64,000 bases of DNA, from NCBI GenBank assembly GCA_046536595.1, contig JAWDMM010000003.1, positions 1,836 to 65,835 on the forward strand, written 5' to 3'. This document shows, piece after piece, positions 28,708 through 38,524 of the stretch; position 1 is the first letter of the stretch, and the number at the start of each line of letters is the position of its first letter. The stretch is from Nitrososphaeria archaeon. GTDB lineage: Archaea; Thermoproteota; Nitrososphaeria; Conexivisphaerales; UBA164. The translations under genes were made by a program, and so were the position numbers. The notes under the pieces are model-generated. The model did not search any database. It was given only the letters and a program-made list of their open reading frames with translations, and had not been told where the DNA came from.

Positions 28708-28949
28708 AGCTTGAAGAAGTAATCGCAAAAGTGATGACTGTGCCCATTATACTCATAGGGATTTACGTCTTCTTGTTATCCTACCATCAGTCCAACATAA
28801 TTATCAGGTGGATATACTATATTATGACCGGAATACTTTGGGTTTTTCCAGCTATAGTTCTGATTTCGAGGATAGAAGGGTCAAAAAAAGAAACAGAAAC
28901 CCAGAAATCTAAAACTGGACAAAAAGAAATTAAGGACAAAAATAAATAA
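28704..28949 (+). CDS. Small two-TM membrane protein, unknown function
   Basis: Two hydrophobic stretches and a basic tail. ATGA overlap with the top6A stop. Confidence 0.65.
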   Translation: MKLEEVIAKVMTVPIILIGIYVFLLSYHQSNIIIRWIYYIMTGILWVFPAIVLISRIEGSKKETETQKSKTGQKEIKDKNK

Positions 28950-28956
28950 AACATAA

Positions 28957-29511
28957 TTGAGCAAAAAAGGCATAATAGTAATAGGGGGTTGCCCCGCAAC
29001 TGGCAAGAGCGTGGTAGGCAAGATCATTTCAGAAATGCTTTCTCTGGAACATATTGATTATGCTTATTATCTTTTAGAAAAGAAAGCCGCGAAAATTTTA
29101 GATAATGAAATAGTTATCGAAGAAGCTAAGGCAAAAAAGATTTTAAAAGAAAAAGATGAAGCAGTAGTCTCTGGGGTTTATGCTCTTGATTACCTTGATA
29201 TAAGAAAAGTAAAAAGCGTTTATGTGCTTAGGTGCAACCCGAAGATCTTGTTTTATAGGTATTTACAAAGGGACTATGATCTTGATAAAATAAAAAACAA
29301 CATAACCTCTGAATATCTTGATCTCTGTTTAAAGATGGCTTTGGAAAAGGCTGGCCATGAAAAAGTAAACCAGCTTGATGTCTCAAACGACGAGCCGCAT
29401 TATACTGCTCTAAGAATATACTTTTCTTTAAAAAATGGCTACAGAATATTTGATAACGTTGATTGGCTTTCTCAGGTATCAAGAACGTTTGATATGATTT
29501 TAATGAAATGA
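28957..29511 (+). CDS. Adenylate kinase (AK6/Fap7-like) nucleoside monophosphate kinase
   Basis: P-loop GGCPATGKS, 'VYVLRCNP...RYLQRDY...KIKNN', C-terminal VDW. Confidence 0.8.
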   Translation: MSKKGIIVIGGCPATGKSVVGKIISEMLSLEHIDYAYYLLEKKAAKILDNEIVIEEAKAKKILKEKDEAVVSGVYALDYLDIRKVKSVYVLRCNPKILFYRYLQRDYDLDKIKNNITSEYLDLCLKMALEKAGHEKVNQLDVSNDEPHYTALRIYFSLKNGYRIFDNVDWLSQVSRTFDMILMK

Positions 29512-30861
29512 TTTTTCAACCTTTTTCTTAGCTTCTCTAACTAATTGTACTCCTAGAGTAGCCATTTCTTCTGCCTTTTTTAAAACCCTATCGTGAGCAA
29601 AAACCCTGATTACGGGTTCGGTCCCTGAAGCTCTTATTAGCAACCATTCATGATTTTTGTAATAGACCTTTATACCATCTTTATGCATCTTTTTGCCCTC
29701 TAAAGCCCTGTCAACTTCATCTATAACGCTGTATTTTATTTGGTCTGAGCACCTTACTTCTCTTTTAACTACATAAAATCTTGGAACGTTCTTTAAATTT
29801 TCAATAAAATTTTCATCTTCTAAAGCTTTTAGCGTTGAATAAACAGAATCCCCATAAAGCAGTATTTCAGGCCATATGTATTTTCCCGATTCCTCAAACG
29901 CGAAAACAACTTCGCTTTTGTTCTTTCTTACAGCGTCAATCATAGCTGGAGGACCCACCTTTGTCCATATTAATTTAGCACCATATCTGCGAGCTATTTC
30001 TACGATCGAATCTGAAGAGTTTATAGGAGTAACAATCTTACCCTTCTTTGATTCGAGCTGTCTTGCAGCAAAGTATGCTCCCGCAATGTCCCCAATGATT
30101 ATTTTTCCGTTGCCGTCTAAAAAAATTGCCCTGTCCCCGTCGGCGTCAGTAGCAACACCAAAATCATAATTGCTTTTTTTGATCTCCTTTACGGTTATTT
30201 TTAGATGCTGCAGTGTGGGGCTCGGTAACCTTTTAGGGAAGCTCCCGAGTGGTAGAGAATTTATTATTTTGAAATCCAATCCCAATTCTCTAAAAGTTTC
30301 TTTTGCATAAGCTCCCGCTACCCCGTTAGCGGCATCAAACATGAATCTGTAATTTTTTACTTTTTTTACATCCCTCAGTAAGCTTTTTACATAAATGCTC
30401 TTTGCATCATCAACGGTCTCATATCTGCCAAGTTTTTTCCAGTTTTTTGGAGAATCTAGAGTTTTTTCAAACATCTTTTCGACTTTTTCAGAATCGTCTA
30501 AACCAAGCTCACCTGTGTCTTTCAGAAAATATAATACTCCAGCTATGTACGGTGGTGTATGACTTCCGGTAACAGATACAGCGCCTTCAGCCTTAAATTC
30601 TTTTATCATTCTGGCTATTACAGGGGTAGGTGCCAGGCCTATATCAAGAACGTTAACTCCTTGAGAAAGCAGCGCATCTATAACGGCAAACTTTAAAGTT
30701 CTCGATTGCTGTCTGTCATCTTGGCCTACAAGAACAGTGCTGTAACCCGTATATTTCAGGTAAGCTGTGGTAAGCCTGTATACAACGTTAGGCTTTAGGT
30801 TTTTATCTATAAACCCTCTGGCTCCAGAAGTGCCGAATATCATACGGTGTAACTTATGCAA
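29500..30861 (-). CDS. Phosphoglucomutase/phosphomannomutase family phosphohexomutase
   Basis: FGTSGARG, TGSHTP (phospho-Ser), DADGDR, FEESG, RASGTEP. Confidence 0.93.
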   Translation of the reverse strand: MHKLHRMIFGTSGARGFIDKNLKPNVVYRLTTAYLKYTGYSTVLVGQDDRQQSRTLKFAVIDALLSQGVNVLDIGLAPTPVIARMIKEFKAEGAVSVTGSHTPPYIAGVLYFLKDTGELGLDDSEKVEKMFEKTLDSPKNWKKLGRYETVDDAKSIYVKSLLRDVKKVKNYRFMFDAANGVAGAYAKETFRELGLDFKIINSLPLGSFPKRLPSPTLQHLKITVKEIKKSNYDFGVATDADGDRAIFLDGNGKIIIGDIAGAYFAARQLESKKGKIVTPINSSDSIVEIARRYGAKLIWTKVGPPAMIDAVRKNKSEVVFAFEESGKYIWPEILLYGDSVYSTLKALEDENFIENLKNVPRFYVVKREVRCSDQIKYSVIDEVDRALEGKKMHKDGIKVYYKNHEWLLIRASGTEPVIRVFAHDRVLKKAEEMATLGVQLVREAKKKVEKSFH

Positions 30862-30869
30862 AAGGACTT

Positions 30870-31262
30870 TTATCTTTTATGAGTGGCGCAGCTTACTATC
30901 TTATCGTTCGAAAGCGTATAGCAGGGCAACCCCAGATCGCTTAATCTTCTTGCGAGTTCAAGGTCTAATGTAAATACAGGGTACCTGGTTTTTAAAGCGA
31001 GTTTTAAAATATCGTCGTCAGCATTTTTGTTAAATTCTTCAAAACTTTCGACCGTCAGCAACCTGTAGTTTTTAATTATCTTCCTTTTTTTGGAAAGTTT
31101 TTCGAGTTCAACTATGACTGATTTCGGTACAGTTATTTCAGGCATTCCTATTTCATCTACTATACGATCTAGCACATTACTGGGTTTTTCTAAGAGGTAT
31201 ATTATAAAGCTCGTATCAAATATAACCTTCATATTATAATTCCGGAACCCGCAAGGCGCCAC
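30870..31262 (-). CDS. PIN-domain protein (Fcf1/Utp24-like), downstream of aIF2-gamma
   Basis: VIFDTSF, VIVELEKL, ADDDIL, VFTLD. Confidence 0.85.
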   Translation of the reverse strand: MAPCGFRNYNMKVIFDTSFIIYLLEKPSNVLDRIVDEIGMPEITVPKSVIVELEKLSKKRKIIKNYRLLTVESFEEFNKNADDDILKLALKTRYPVFTLDLELARRLSDLGLPCYTLSNDKIVSCATHKR

Positions 31263-32896
31263 CTGTCAGCCACTATTCTGCTTAACGCTACCCTGTCTCC
31301 ACGGAGCGTGACAGCTGGCCTCTTCAGTTTTATCCTCATAATTTCCTTTGTCACTTCTTCAACAACACCCAGGTTTGTCATTGTGCCTATGTTTAGCCTC
31401 ACATTTTCTCCAGGCCTCAGCTTTTCATACCTTACCATTTCCTTCAAGCCTATTACGTATTCAAATAATTCATATTTTATAACGATTTCATTAACAGGGT
31501 CAGGCAAAAATCCTACCTTTGCTACATAGTTTCCAACCATTATATCGTTTTTGGTAAATATTGGATCAAGATTGGTGCCTATGGCTATAAGTCCACCGGG
31601 CAGGACCTCATCTACAGGTCCACTTGAAGTAGATAAGCTTACTGCTTCAGTGATTATTGGTTGATATGAACCCCTTACAGGTATGCCGGGTTTTATTTCT
31701 ATTTTGTCGCCGACCCTTATTTTTCCCTGTTTCAGTGATCCACCAAGAACTCCTCCTTTGAGTTCAGAAATTTTAGCGCCGGGTTTGTTTATGTCAAAAG
31801 ATCTCAAAACCTGCATGAGAGCTGGCGCGTCAGGATTTCTGGGCGGAGTTGGTATATATTCTTCTATAGCCTGTAAAAGGGCGTCAACGTTCAGCTTTTT
31901 CTGCGCTGAAACTGGAATTATTGGTACCTGATTATAGCCAAAGGAACTCAGAAACTCAACGATCTTGTTATAGTTATTCAGTGCCTGGTCATAAGTTACA
32001 AGGTCAACCTTGTTCTGAACAACGACAATGTTCTTGATTCCTATCATTTTAAGCGCCTGAAGGTGTTCCTTGGTTTGTGGTTGCGGTACTGGTTCATTTG
32101 CTGCTATAACTAGAAGAGAGCCGTCCATGAGTGCCGCTCCACTGAGCATGACGGACATCAAACTTTCATGACCCGGTGAATCAATAAAACTTATAACCCG
32201 TTTCAGCCTTGCTTCTCCTTTTGGACAGTTGCCATCTGTGTTAAATTTTTCTGGTTCAGGAAGCTCGGGACATTCATAAATAGCAGCATCAGCATATCCT
32301 ATTTTGATCGTAATTCCCCTTTTGAGTTCTTCGCTGTGCATGCTCGTCCATTTGCCTGTAATGGCTTCAACCAGCGTTGTATTATGAGAGATTATACCGT
32401 GTGAAGAAATAAAGTTATGAAAAAACGGTACGCTTAAATCAAAAAGATAGCCTTCATAATTTTTGGGTATGTTTTTTACGACTTTATCTAGTATAAGCTT
32501 CTTTCCTTCATAAACTAATATCGATTCATCAGGTTTAATTGTCTGAGCCTTTTTCCAATGATCCTTTACAAGCAATTTATGTACAGGTGTAACGGATATG
32601 GATCTGCCGGTTTCGGTTTCTATTGATATTATCTTCCCTCTGTACTTCTGGAGATATACAAAACCACGGCTTTTTCTCAAATCTTTTCCGGAAAGAGAAA
32701 CAGAAGACAAAGGAGGTTCAAAAAGCTTTTCATCATAAGCTTTTTTAAAATCATATCCTACGATTTCTTTTAATATTTCACGTCCTGTGTAAAAAGTGTC
32801 TCCAATATACGCGCTTTCTTCTAAAGTAAGGCACTTTCCATGATCAACGTGGCCTGCAGTACCTATGTTAACTTCTGGCTGTTTTGGAATTTTCAA
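31229..32896 (-). CDS. eif2g: Translation initiation factor aIF2 gamma subunit, intein-containing
   Basis: QPEVNIGTAGHVDHGK, [intein], TTLVEAITG, ELKRGITIKIGYA, DSPGHE, NKVD, RWRLAGSG. Confidence 0.96.
   Translation of the reverse strand: MKIPKQPEVNIGTAGHVDHGKCLTLEESAYIGDTFYTGREILKEIVGYDFKKAYDEKLFEPPLSSVSLSGKDLRKSRGFVYLQKYRGKIISIETETGRSISVTPVHKLLVKDHWKKAQTIKPDESILVYEGKKLILDKVVKNIPKNYEGYLFDLSVPFFHNFISSHGIISHNTTLVEAITGKWTSMHSEELKRGITIKIGYADAAIYECPELPEPEKFNTDGNCPKGEARLKRVISFIDSPGHESLMSVMLSGAALMDGSLLVIAANEPVPQPQTKEHLQALKMIGIKNIVVVQNKVDLVTYDQALNNYNKIVEFLSSFGYNQVPIIPVSAQKKLNVDALLQAIEEYIPTPPRNPDAPALMQVLRSFDINKPGAKISELKGGVLGGSLKQGKIRVGDKIEIKPGIPVRGSYQPIITEAVSLSTSSGPVDEVLPGGLIAIGTNLDPIFTKNDIMVGNYVAKVGFLPDPVNEIVIKYELFEYVIGLKEMVRYEKLRPGENVRLNIGTMTNLGVVEEVTKEIMRIKLKRPAVTLRGDRVALSRIVADRWRLAGSGIII
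32381..32833 (-). mobile_element. Mini-intein (151 aa, no homing endonuclease) in the aIF2-gamma P-loop
   Basis: In-frame insertion between GHVDHGK and TTLVE. Starts CLT, has block B TPVH and block F FDLSV, ends SHN with Thr at +1. Confidence 0.93.
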
Positions 32897-32984
32897 TCTT
32901 CAATCATTTAAGCTACTAATGGCTATAAACTTATCTCTCTTAATTGAGAGTATCGCTTAAAAACATACAATCAAGATATAATCT

Positions 32985-34118
32985 GTGGAAAAATACTCTA
33001 TTGCAAGCATTTCAATAATATTTAGCAGAGCCGTTTACAGCATGTACTGGGTTTATCTTTCTCCGGCTTACATCTACTACATGCAGGAATTTTCAATACC
33101 CAAATCTTTTCTGGGATACATATCATGGTCATTCATAGTTGGATCTGCTGTAACTCAAATGCCAGCGGCCTATTTAGCTTCCTACAGGGGGCCCATAAAG
33201 GTTTACCTGTTAGGCCTTTTTTTGCTTTCGTTTTCCGGCATATTTTCAGCTTTCAGCTTTAACTTTCAGATGCTTCTCATAACAAGAATTATAGCAGGGG
33301 CAGGAGCAGGGCTTTTCTTTTCCACTGCTGGGTACGTTCTCTCTTATATAAATCAGAAAAGGCTGGGTTTTTGGATGGGTGTTTATAACGCGGCCTTTGC
33401 TGTCGGAGCTATAACGGCTTATGCTTATGGTATGTTATACACTTATACAAACTGGAAAGTTCTCGTATCGTCGATATCATTATTTGGAGTTATGGTTACA
33501 CTAACAGATTACTTTCTGTTAAGAAGGATGGGTATAAAAATTGAAATCGACAGGAACAGACCAAAAATCACCAAAAACATAAAGCCGATCCTCGTCGCTG
33601 TAGCTATTTCAGGTTTCTGGGGGACTTACTATGCTGCGGAAACGCTGCTTCCTTCTTACTTTGCGATCGTAAACGGTTCAGTAAAATTTGGCAACGAAGT
33701 TACCATAATGTTACTGGTTTTCAGCTTTATCGGAGGTTTCTTCAATTATTTTTATGACGTTTCGCCCTCTAAAAGGCTTTTCCTATTTATAACGGTTTTT
33801 CTCGGCGGTATCGGGTTCCTTATGTTTAGCTCAAAAGAACTTTTTTATTTTGGTCTGTTTTTGATAGGTTTTTTTGACGAGATTGCTTTTTCGGCTTTAT
33901 ACGCCATTTCACTCCAGCTTTCAGAAGAAAAGTACTCAGCAATGGCTTTATCGGTAGTTAATTTCATTAACATGGTTCTTGGTATGTGGATTTCTATAGT
34001 ATTTTCATACTCAATGGTTTATCTGGCCAAATATCTGTGGCTGCTGATGTTTCTCATAACAGTCATTCCTTCTATTCCTCTTTTGCACAAATATTTTGAA
34101 CCAAACAAGTCAAAGTAA
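32985..34118 (+). CDS. MFS transporter
   Basis: About 12 hydrophobic segments, 'TRIIAGAGAG', 'GVYNAAFAVG'. Confidence 0.9.
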   Translation: MEKYSIASISIIFSRAVYSMYWVYLSPAYIYYMQEFSIPKSFLGYISWSFIVGSAVTQMPAAYLASYRGPIKVYLLGLFLLSFSGIFSAFSFNFQMLLITRIIAGAGAGLFFSTAGYVLSYINQKRLGFWMGVYNAAFAVGAITAYAYGMLYTYTNWKVLVSSISLFGVMVTLTDYFLLRRMGIKIEIDRNRPKITKNIKPILVAVAISGFWGTYYAAETLLPSYFAIVNGSVKFGNEVTIMLLVFSFIGGFFNYFYDVSPSKRLFLFITVFLGGIGFLMFSSKELFYFGLFLIGFFDEIAFSALYAISLQLSEEKYSAMALSVVNFINMVLGMWISIVFSYSMVYLAKYLWLLMFLITVIPSIPLLHKYFEPNKSK

Positions 34119-34249
34119 TTGTTAAGCTTTATCTTTTTACCAGAGACCTTATCCGAAACAGTATACCAAACTTTTGTATGATGGATTTGCCGCCTTCAAG
34201 TTTTATGAGCGGCTTTTCCTTAAAATAGCTTTAAACTGTCAAGCAGGTT

Positions 34250-34440
34250 AATCAAATACGCTGATTATTATCACAATACATTATGTGGTGCCAGTCAATC
34301 GCAACTATTACGGGTTTTTGAACGCGCCAGAATCTCTCATTTTTATAATTAGTTCGTTGTACTCATGGGCCCTGTTGCTTCAGGTTGTTCCTTATAGCAT
34401 GTCCACATAGGTTTAAAAAGCATTATCCATAGATTTTTCC
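34250..34440 (-). pseudogene. Degenerate ISH3-like (IS4 superfamily) transposase fragment
   Basis: Minus strand gives AHEYNELIIKMRDSGAF, then a one-base shift in an A-run to KPVIVAIDWHHIMY, which resembles the ISH3 first catalytic-Asp motif. Stop codons nearby. Confidence 0.5.
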
Positions 34441-34539
34441 AAAGGTTGATTAAAACATAATGCGCTTTACCATTATTAGATCGTAAGATTGTTTATGGTT
34501 TGCATAAACGGTAAAAGGCCATCCTGCGTTAAAAAAATT

Positions 34540-34572
34540 TTGAACTACTGGTAAGGGCGGGGTAGTTTTCAA
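34540..34572. repeat. Isolated IS605-type right-end remnant forming a hairpin
   Basis: TTGAACTACTGGTAAGGGCGGGGTAGTTTTCAA shares GTAAGGGCGGGGTAGTT with the E2 right end. AACTAC/GTAGTT are inverted. Confidence 0.55.
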
Positions 34573-34629
34573 GCTCGTATAAATTCTATTTGTTAATTAA
34601 AATATATAAAATCGGGGTCACAAAGGATA

Positions 34630-35493
34630 ATGATGAGCTATCGGGAACTTTTTATTTCGCCGTCTCCAAAAATTTCAACTGGCGACGAAAGTTCAAAGGT
34701 TTACATAATGGGCGTGCCTTTTGATTTTACTACATCTTACAGACCAGGATCCAGGTTTGGGCCACTTACTGTTAGACAGGCCTACTGGAACATAGAAATA
34801 GTGGACCGCAAGCTAAACGTAAACGCTGAAAAAATACAAATCTTTGATATGGGTGACCTATCATATTTTGCCAGCACCGATGAGATGATAAACAGCTTAT
34901 CGAAAGTTTCAAAAGAAGTATTTTCAGAAAACAAGGTTCTTGGCACAATAGGTGGTGAGCACCTGATTACCTATCCGATTTTAAAAGGTCTAAAAAACAT
35001 ATCTCTGGTTGTTTTTGATGCTCATCTTGACTTAAGGGACACTCTTTACGGGCTTAAAGTATCACATGCAACTTTTTTGAGAAGGCTTCTAGAAGATAAC
35101 AAAAGCTTAAAAGTTTATCATATAGGGTCTCATACCTTTGTAGACGAGGAATTAGATTTTGCGATATCCCACGATGTTGATTTATATACCTATTATGATA
35201 TAACGGAAAGGAAGATAGAATCCCTTAAAAACATAATAAGAGATGACGAAAAAATTTACGTGTCGGTGGACATGGACGTGCTGGATCCATCGTGTGCTCC
35301 TGGAGTGGCAAACCCTGAGCCGGAAGGTCTTAATTATGAAAGACTTTTCAACCTTTTGAGGTCGTTAAAGGGAAAAAATATAGTGGGTTTTGATGTTATG
35401 GAGACTAACCCGTTGCTAGATCCTTCTGGCATAACTTCTATAGCTGCAGCCAAGGTTCTTTCCCTACTGGTTATAGATTCTTCAGGGGTCTGA
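34630..35493 (+). CDS. speB: Agmatinase (ureohydrolase family)
   Basis: RPGSRFGP, GGEHLIT, DAHLD, SHAT, DMDVLDP..APGV. Confidence 0.92.
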   Translation: MMSYRELFISPSPKISTGDESSKVYIMGVPFDFTTSYRPGSRFGPLTVRQAYWNIEIVDRKLNVNAEKIQIFDMGDLSYFASTDEMINSLSKVSKEVFSENKVLGTIGGEHLITYPILKGLKNISLVVFDAHLDLRDTLYGLKVSHATFLRRLLEDNKSLKVYHIGSHTFVDEELDFAISHDVDLYTYYDITERKIESLKNIIRDDEKIYVSVDMDVLDPSCAPGVANPEPEGLNYERLFNLLRSLKGKNIVGFDVMETNPLLDPSGITSIAAAKVLSLLVIDSSGV

Positions 35494-35494
35494 A

Positions 35495-36073
35495 TTGCCA
35501 GATTTTGTTAGGGATTATATAAATCCGGTAACTTTCAGAATTGGGAAAGCTCTTGGAAGAATTGTAAAGGATCCAAACGTAATAACTCTCACAGGTTTTT
35601 TCATAGGGGCGCTTACGGGCCCACTTCTTTATTTCAAGTCAGTTTATCTTGCAGTTCTGGCGCTGATAGTATCCGGAGTGTTTGACATGCTTGATGGTGC
35701 AGTAGCAAGAGCATTAAACAAAATTACAAAAAAAGGAGCTTTTTTAGATTCCAACCTAGACCGGCTTGTAGAGGCATCGCTCTATGCAGGCATAAGCGTT
35801 TATCAACCAGGCCTCGCGATCTATTCGTTCCTAGCTTTTATATTTTCTATAATGGTTAGCTATTCAAGGGCAAGAGTAGAGGGTCTTTCTCATGGAATAA
35901 GACCTAAATCCATAGAATTGGGAGAAAGAGGAATAAGGCTTTTGATAATGATAATAGCAATGCTTTCAGGTTACACATTTTACGGGCTTTTAATTGTCAT
36001 AGTAATAGCATTTGAGACTTTTATGGAAAGGCTAATACTTTATTACAGGTTTCTCTCAGCTCAAAACGATTAA
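35495..36073 (+). CDS. CDP-alcohol phosphatidyltransferase (archaetidylinositol phosphate synthase-like)
   Basis: FDMLDGAVAR...GAFLDSNLDR, SYSRARVE. Confidence 0.92.
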   Translation: MPDFVRDYINPVTFRIGKALGRIVKDPNVITLTGFFIGALTGPLLYFKSVYLAVLALIVSGVFDMLDGAVARALNKITKKGAFLDSNLDRLVEASLYAGISVYQPGLAIYSFLAFIFSIMVSYSRARVEGLSHGIRPKSIELGERGIRLLIMIIAMLSGYTFYGLLIVIVIAFETFMERLILYYRFLSAQND

Positions 36074-36139
36074 AAGCGTTGCTTTTTTCCGCGAAATATC
36101 CGAAATAATTAATAGTATCCAATTTCTTTTCTTTCTAGC

Positions 36140-36715
36140 TTGAAAATTTTAGCGCTACACGGTAAAGGCTCTGATCCAGCCAAAATAGCATGGTTAACTT
36201 CTCCGTTGAAGATTTTTGGAAATGTTGACGCTCCCTACGTTGATGTAGAGGCGAGCGAGTTCCTCAAATCTTACCTAAAGACAGAATATGATATTGTGGC
36301 TGGACATTCAAGGGGAGGGACTTACGCATTGCTTTATTCCGCTTTTAAGGGCAAACCTGTAATAGCTGTTTCATCCCCTTCTGACAGGTTAAAACAGTCA
36401 GAGTATTTAAAAGAGTTTCAAGCGGGTACAGTTCAAAAAAGGCTTTACGAAGATCTCCAAAAAATACCAAAAGAGTACTTGGCTGAGACATCGCCAATTA
36501 ATTATGCTGATAAAATCAAAAACGCGCTTTTAATTCATGGCAGTGAAGACGACATAGTTCCCGTACAGCAAAGCAAAGAACTCTGCAAAAAGATAGTCGA
36601 CTTAGGAGGGAAATGCATGCTTTACGTTATAAAGATGAGACATACGCCTCCAGCATCCCGTTATGGCGAAATACATAAAATTATAGAAAGCTGGGTGAGG
36701 GATAATGTCAGCTGA
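36140..36715 (+). CDS. Alpha/beta hydrolase (S9 peptidase/esterase-like)
   Basis: GHSRGG nucleophile elbow, LLIHGSEDDIVP, C-terminal His. Confidence 0.85.
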   Translation: MKILALHGKGSDPAKIAWLTSPLKIFGNVDAPYVDVEASEFLKSYLKTEYDIVAGHSRGGTYALLYSAFKGKPVIAVSSPSDRLKQSEYLKEFQAGTVQKRLYEDLQKIPKEYLAETSPINYADKIKNALLIHGSEDDIVPVQQSKELCKKIVDLGGKCMLYVIKMRHTPPASRYGEIHKIIESWVRDNVS

Positions 36716-37862
36716 AAAGTACATAGACGATGCTTTAAAAGGAGAACATGGAGAAGCGGCAATGATAGCTGCCAAGGTGCTGGTTGCTATAGAAAAAGCT
36801 TCAAGGTCAAAAGGATTTATAAAAATATCCTCTGCGCATATATCAGGGATCAACTATCATAACATAGGCGACGCAGGCCTTGAACTCCTAAAAGACATTT
36901 CCAAAGTTGCCAGGTTTAGCGTTCCAACCTCTATAAATCCGTGCGGAGCTCCTGTTCTTGAAACTGATAAAACTTTCAGTAAAGAATTGGTTGAGAAGCA
37001 GAAGGCTATCTACGATGCTTTTATTAAGATGGGCGCAAAAAATTCATGCACATGTGTGCCCTATGAAGGATTAAACGTGCCAAAAAGGGGGGAACATGTT
37101 AGCTGGGCAGAAAGCTCAGCTGTAGTCTACGGCAACTCGGTTTTAGGTATATACACCAACAAAGAAGGAGGGCTAAGCGCGCTCGCCTCAGCCATACTGG
37201 GCTTTACTCCCTACTACGGAATGCATGTGGATGAAAACAGGAAGCCTAAAAAGATAATAAAGCTACATTTTCAGATAAACGGCAATGTAAGATACGGAGC
37301 GCTGGGTTACTTTATAGGTAAATTTACAAAAGACATAGTGGGAATAATGGGGATAGCTTCAGCTAAAAAAGGAGAGCTTAAAGCACTTTCAGCTTCGATA
37401 GGTACTTACGGTCCCCAGCCAATGTTTGTTATTGAGCCACGTGCTGATGAAGCAGAAATAGTGCCTTTAGAAAAAAACCAACTAGATGAAGCAGTTTCCA
37501 AGATAAGCGATGAAGCTGAACCGCAAGCCATAGTACTGGGTTGTCCTTTCTTATCTGCTGAAGAAGTGAAAAAGCTTGCTGACCTTGTCAGAGGAAAAAG
37601 GTTTGACATACCAACGTATTTGTTCATTGATAGGACGAGCTTTGGCGAGCTGTCTCAGGAAGAAAAAGAAGCATTGCAGGCTTCAGGCGCAAAACTGTAT
37701 TTTGACGTATGCCCTACTTTATCGTATTTGCCAGAAACTTTTGGTTATACAAACGTCTTAAGCAACAGCGCAAAACACTATTTCTACACAAAGCATCAGT
37801 CAAACATAAAAGTAAAGCTGATGGATGTCGAAGAAATTGTTGACAAGCATGTAAAAAAATGA
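36705..37862 (+). CDS. Aconitase X catalytic (large) subunit, probable phosphomevalonate dehydratase large subunit
   Basis: AHISGINYHNIGDAG, SCTCVPY, WAESSAVVYGNSVLG, LGCP. Confidence 0.88.
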   Translation: MSAEKYIDDALKGEHGEAAMIAAKVLVAIEKASRSKGFIKISSAHISGINYHNIGDAGLELLKDISKVARFSVPTSINPCGAPVLETDKTFSKELVEKQKAIYDAFIKMGAKNSCTCVPYEGLNVPKRGEHVSWAESSAVVYGNSVLGIYTNKEGGLSALASAILGFTPYYGMHVDENRKPKKIIKLHFQINGNVRYGALGYFIGKFTKDIVGIMGIASAKKGELKALSASIGTYGPQPMFVIEPRADEAEIVPLEKNQLDEAVSKISDEAEPQAIVLGCPFLSAEEVKKLADLVRGKRFDIPTYLFIDRTSFGELSQEEKEALQASGAKLYFDVCPTLSYLPETFGYTNVLSNSAKHYFYTKHQSNIKVKLMDVEEIVDKHVKK

Positions 37863-37902
37863 GCATGTAAACCGATATATTTAAGGGAAAAAATGACATT
37901 TT

Positions 37903-38445
37903 ATGCAGGGATGGATAAAAGTATACACGGGACCTATGTTCAGCAGAAAGACTGAAGAATTGCTGATCGAGCTCAGAAGGTATGAACTCGCAAAAAAGAA
38001 GATAATACTGTTCAAGCATGCAATAGATAACAGGTACGGGGAAGAATATGTTACAAGTCACGACGGCAGAAAGATGAAGGCAATCAAGGTTTCAGATCCT
38101 TCAGAAATATACAACATTGGGAAGGAATACGAGGTCATAGGAATAGACGAAGCACAGTTTTTCGATACAGAAATTGCTGATGTTGTGAACAGGCTTGCTG
38201 ATGAAGGCAAGCGCATAGTAATAGCAGGATTAGACAAGAATTTTCTAGGAAAACCTTTTGGACCTATGCCTTTGCTTCTTGCTATTGCTGATGAAGTTAT
38301 CAAGTTAACTGCTGTTTGTCCTGTTTGCGGAGAACCAGCAACTTTTACTATACGTAAAAGTAAGGAAGAGCAAGAGATCCTTATAGGAGGGTATGACCAT
38401 TATGAACCCAGGTGCAGAGTTCATCATCATACAATATTAAGGTAA
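37903..38445 (+). CDS. tdk: Thymidine kinase
   Basis: GPMFSRKT, IDEAQF, AGLD, CPVC...YEPRCR. Confidence 0.95.
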   Translation: MQGWIKVYTGPMFSRKTEELLIELRRYELAKKKIILFKHAIDNRYGEEYVTSHDGRKMKAIKVSDPSEIYNIGKEYEVIGIDEAQFFDTEIADVVNRLADEGKRIVIAGLDKNFLGKPFGPMPLLLAIADEVIKLTAVCPVCGEPATFTIRKSKEEQEILIGGYDHYEPRCRVHHHTILR

Positions 38446-38524
38446 AATCAAAGCGTATTGTAACGGATGCTCTCAAAAAATAGGTTAATTAGAAAAATTT
38501 ATATTCAGAGCTATTTTAACTAGT

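Noticed and set aside
34160-34215. ATGATG...GCCGC/GCGGC hairpin, considered as a C/D-box sRNA
   Set aside because: There is no well-placed D/D' box. It is more likely a local hairpin or part of the IS relic.
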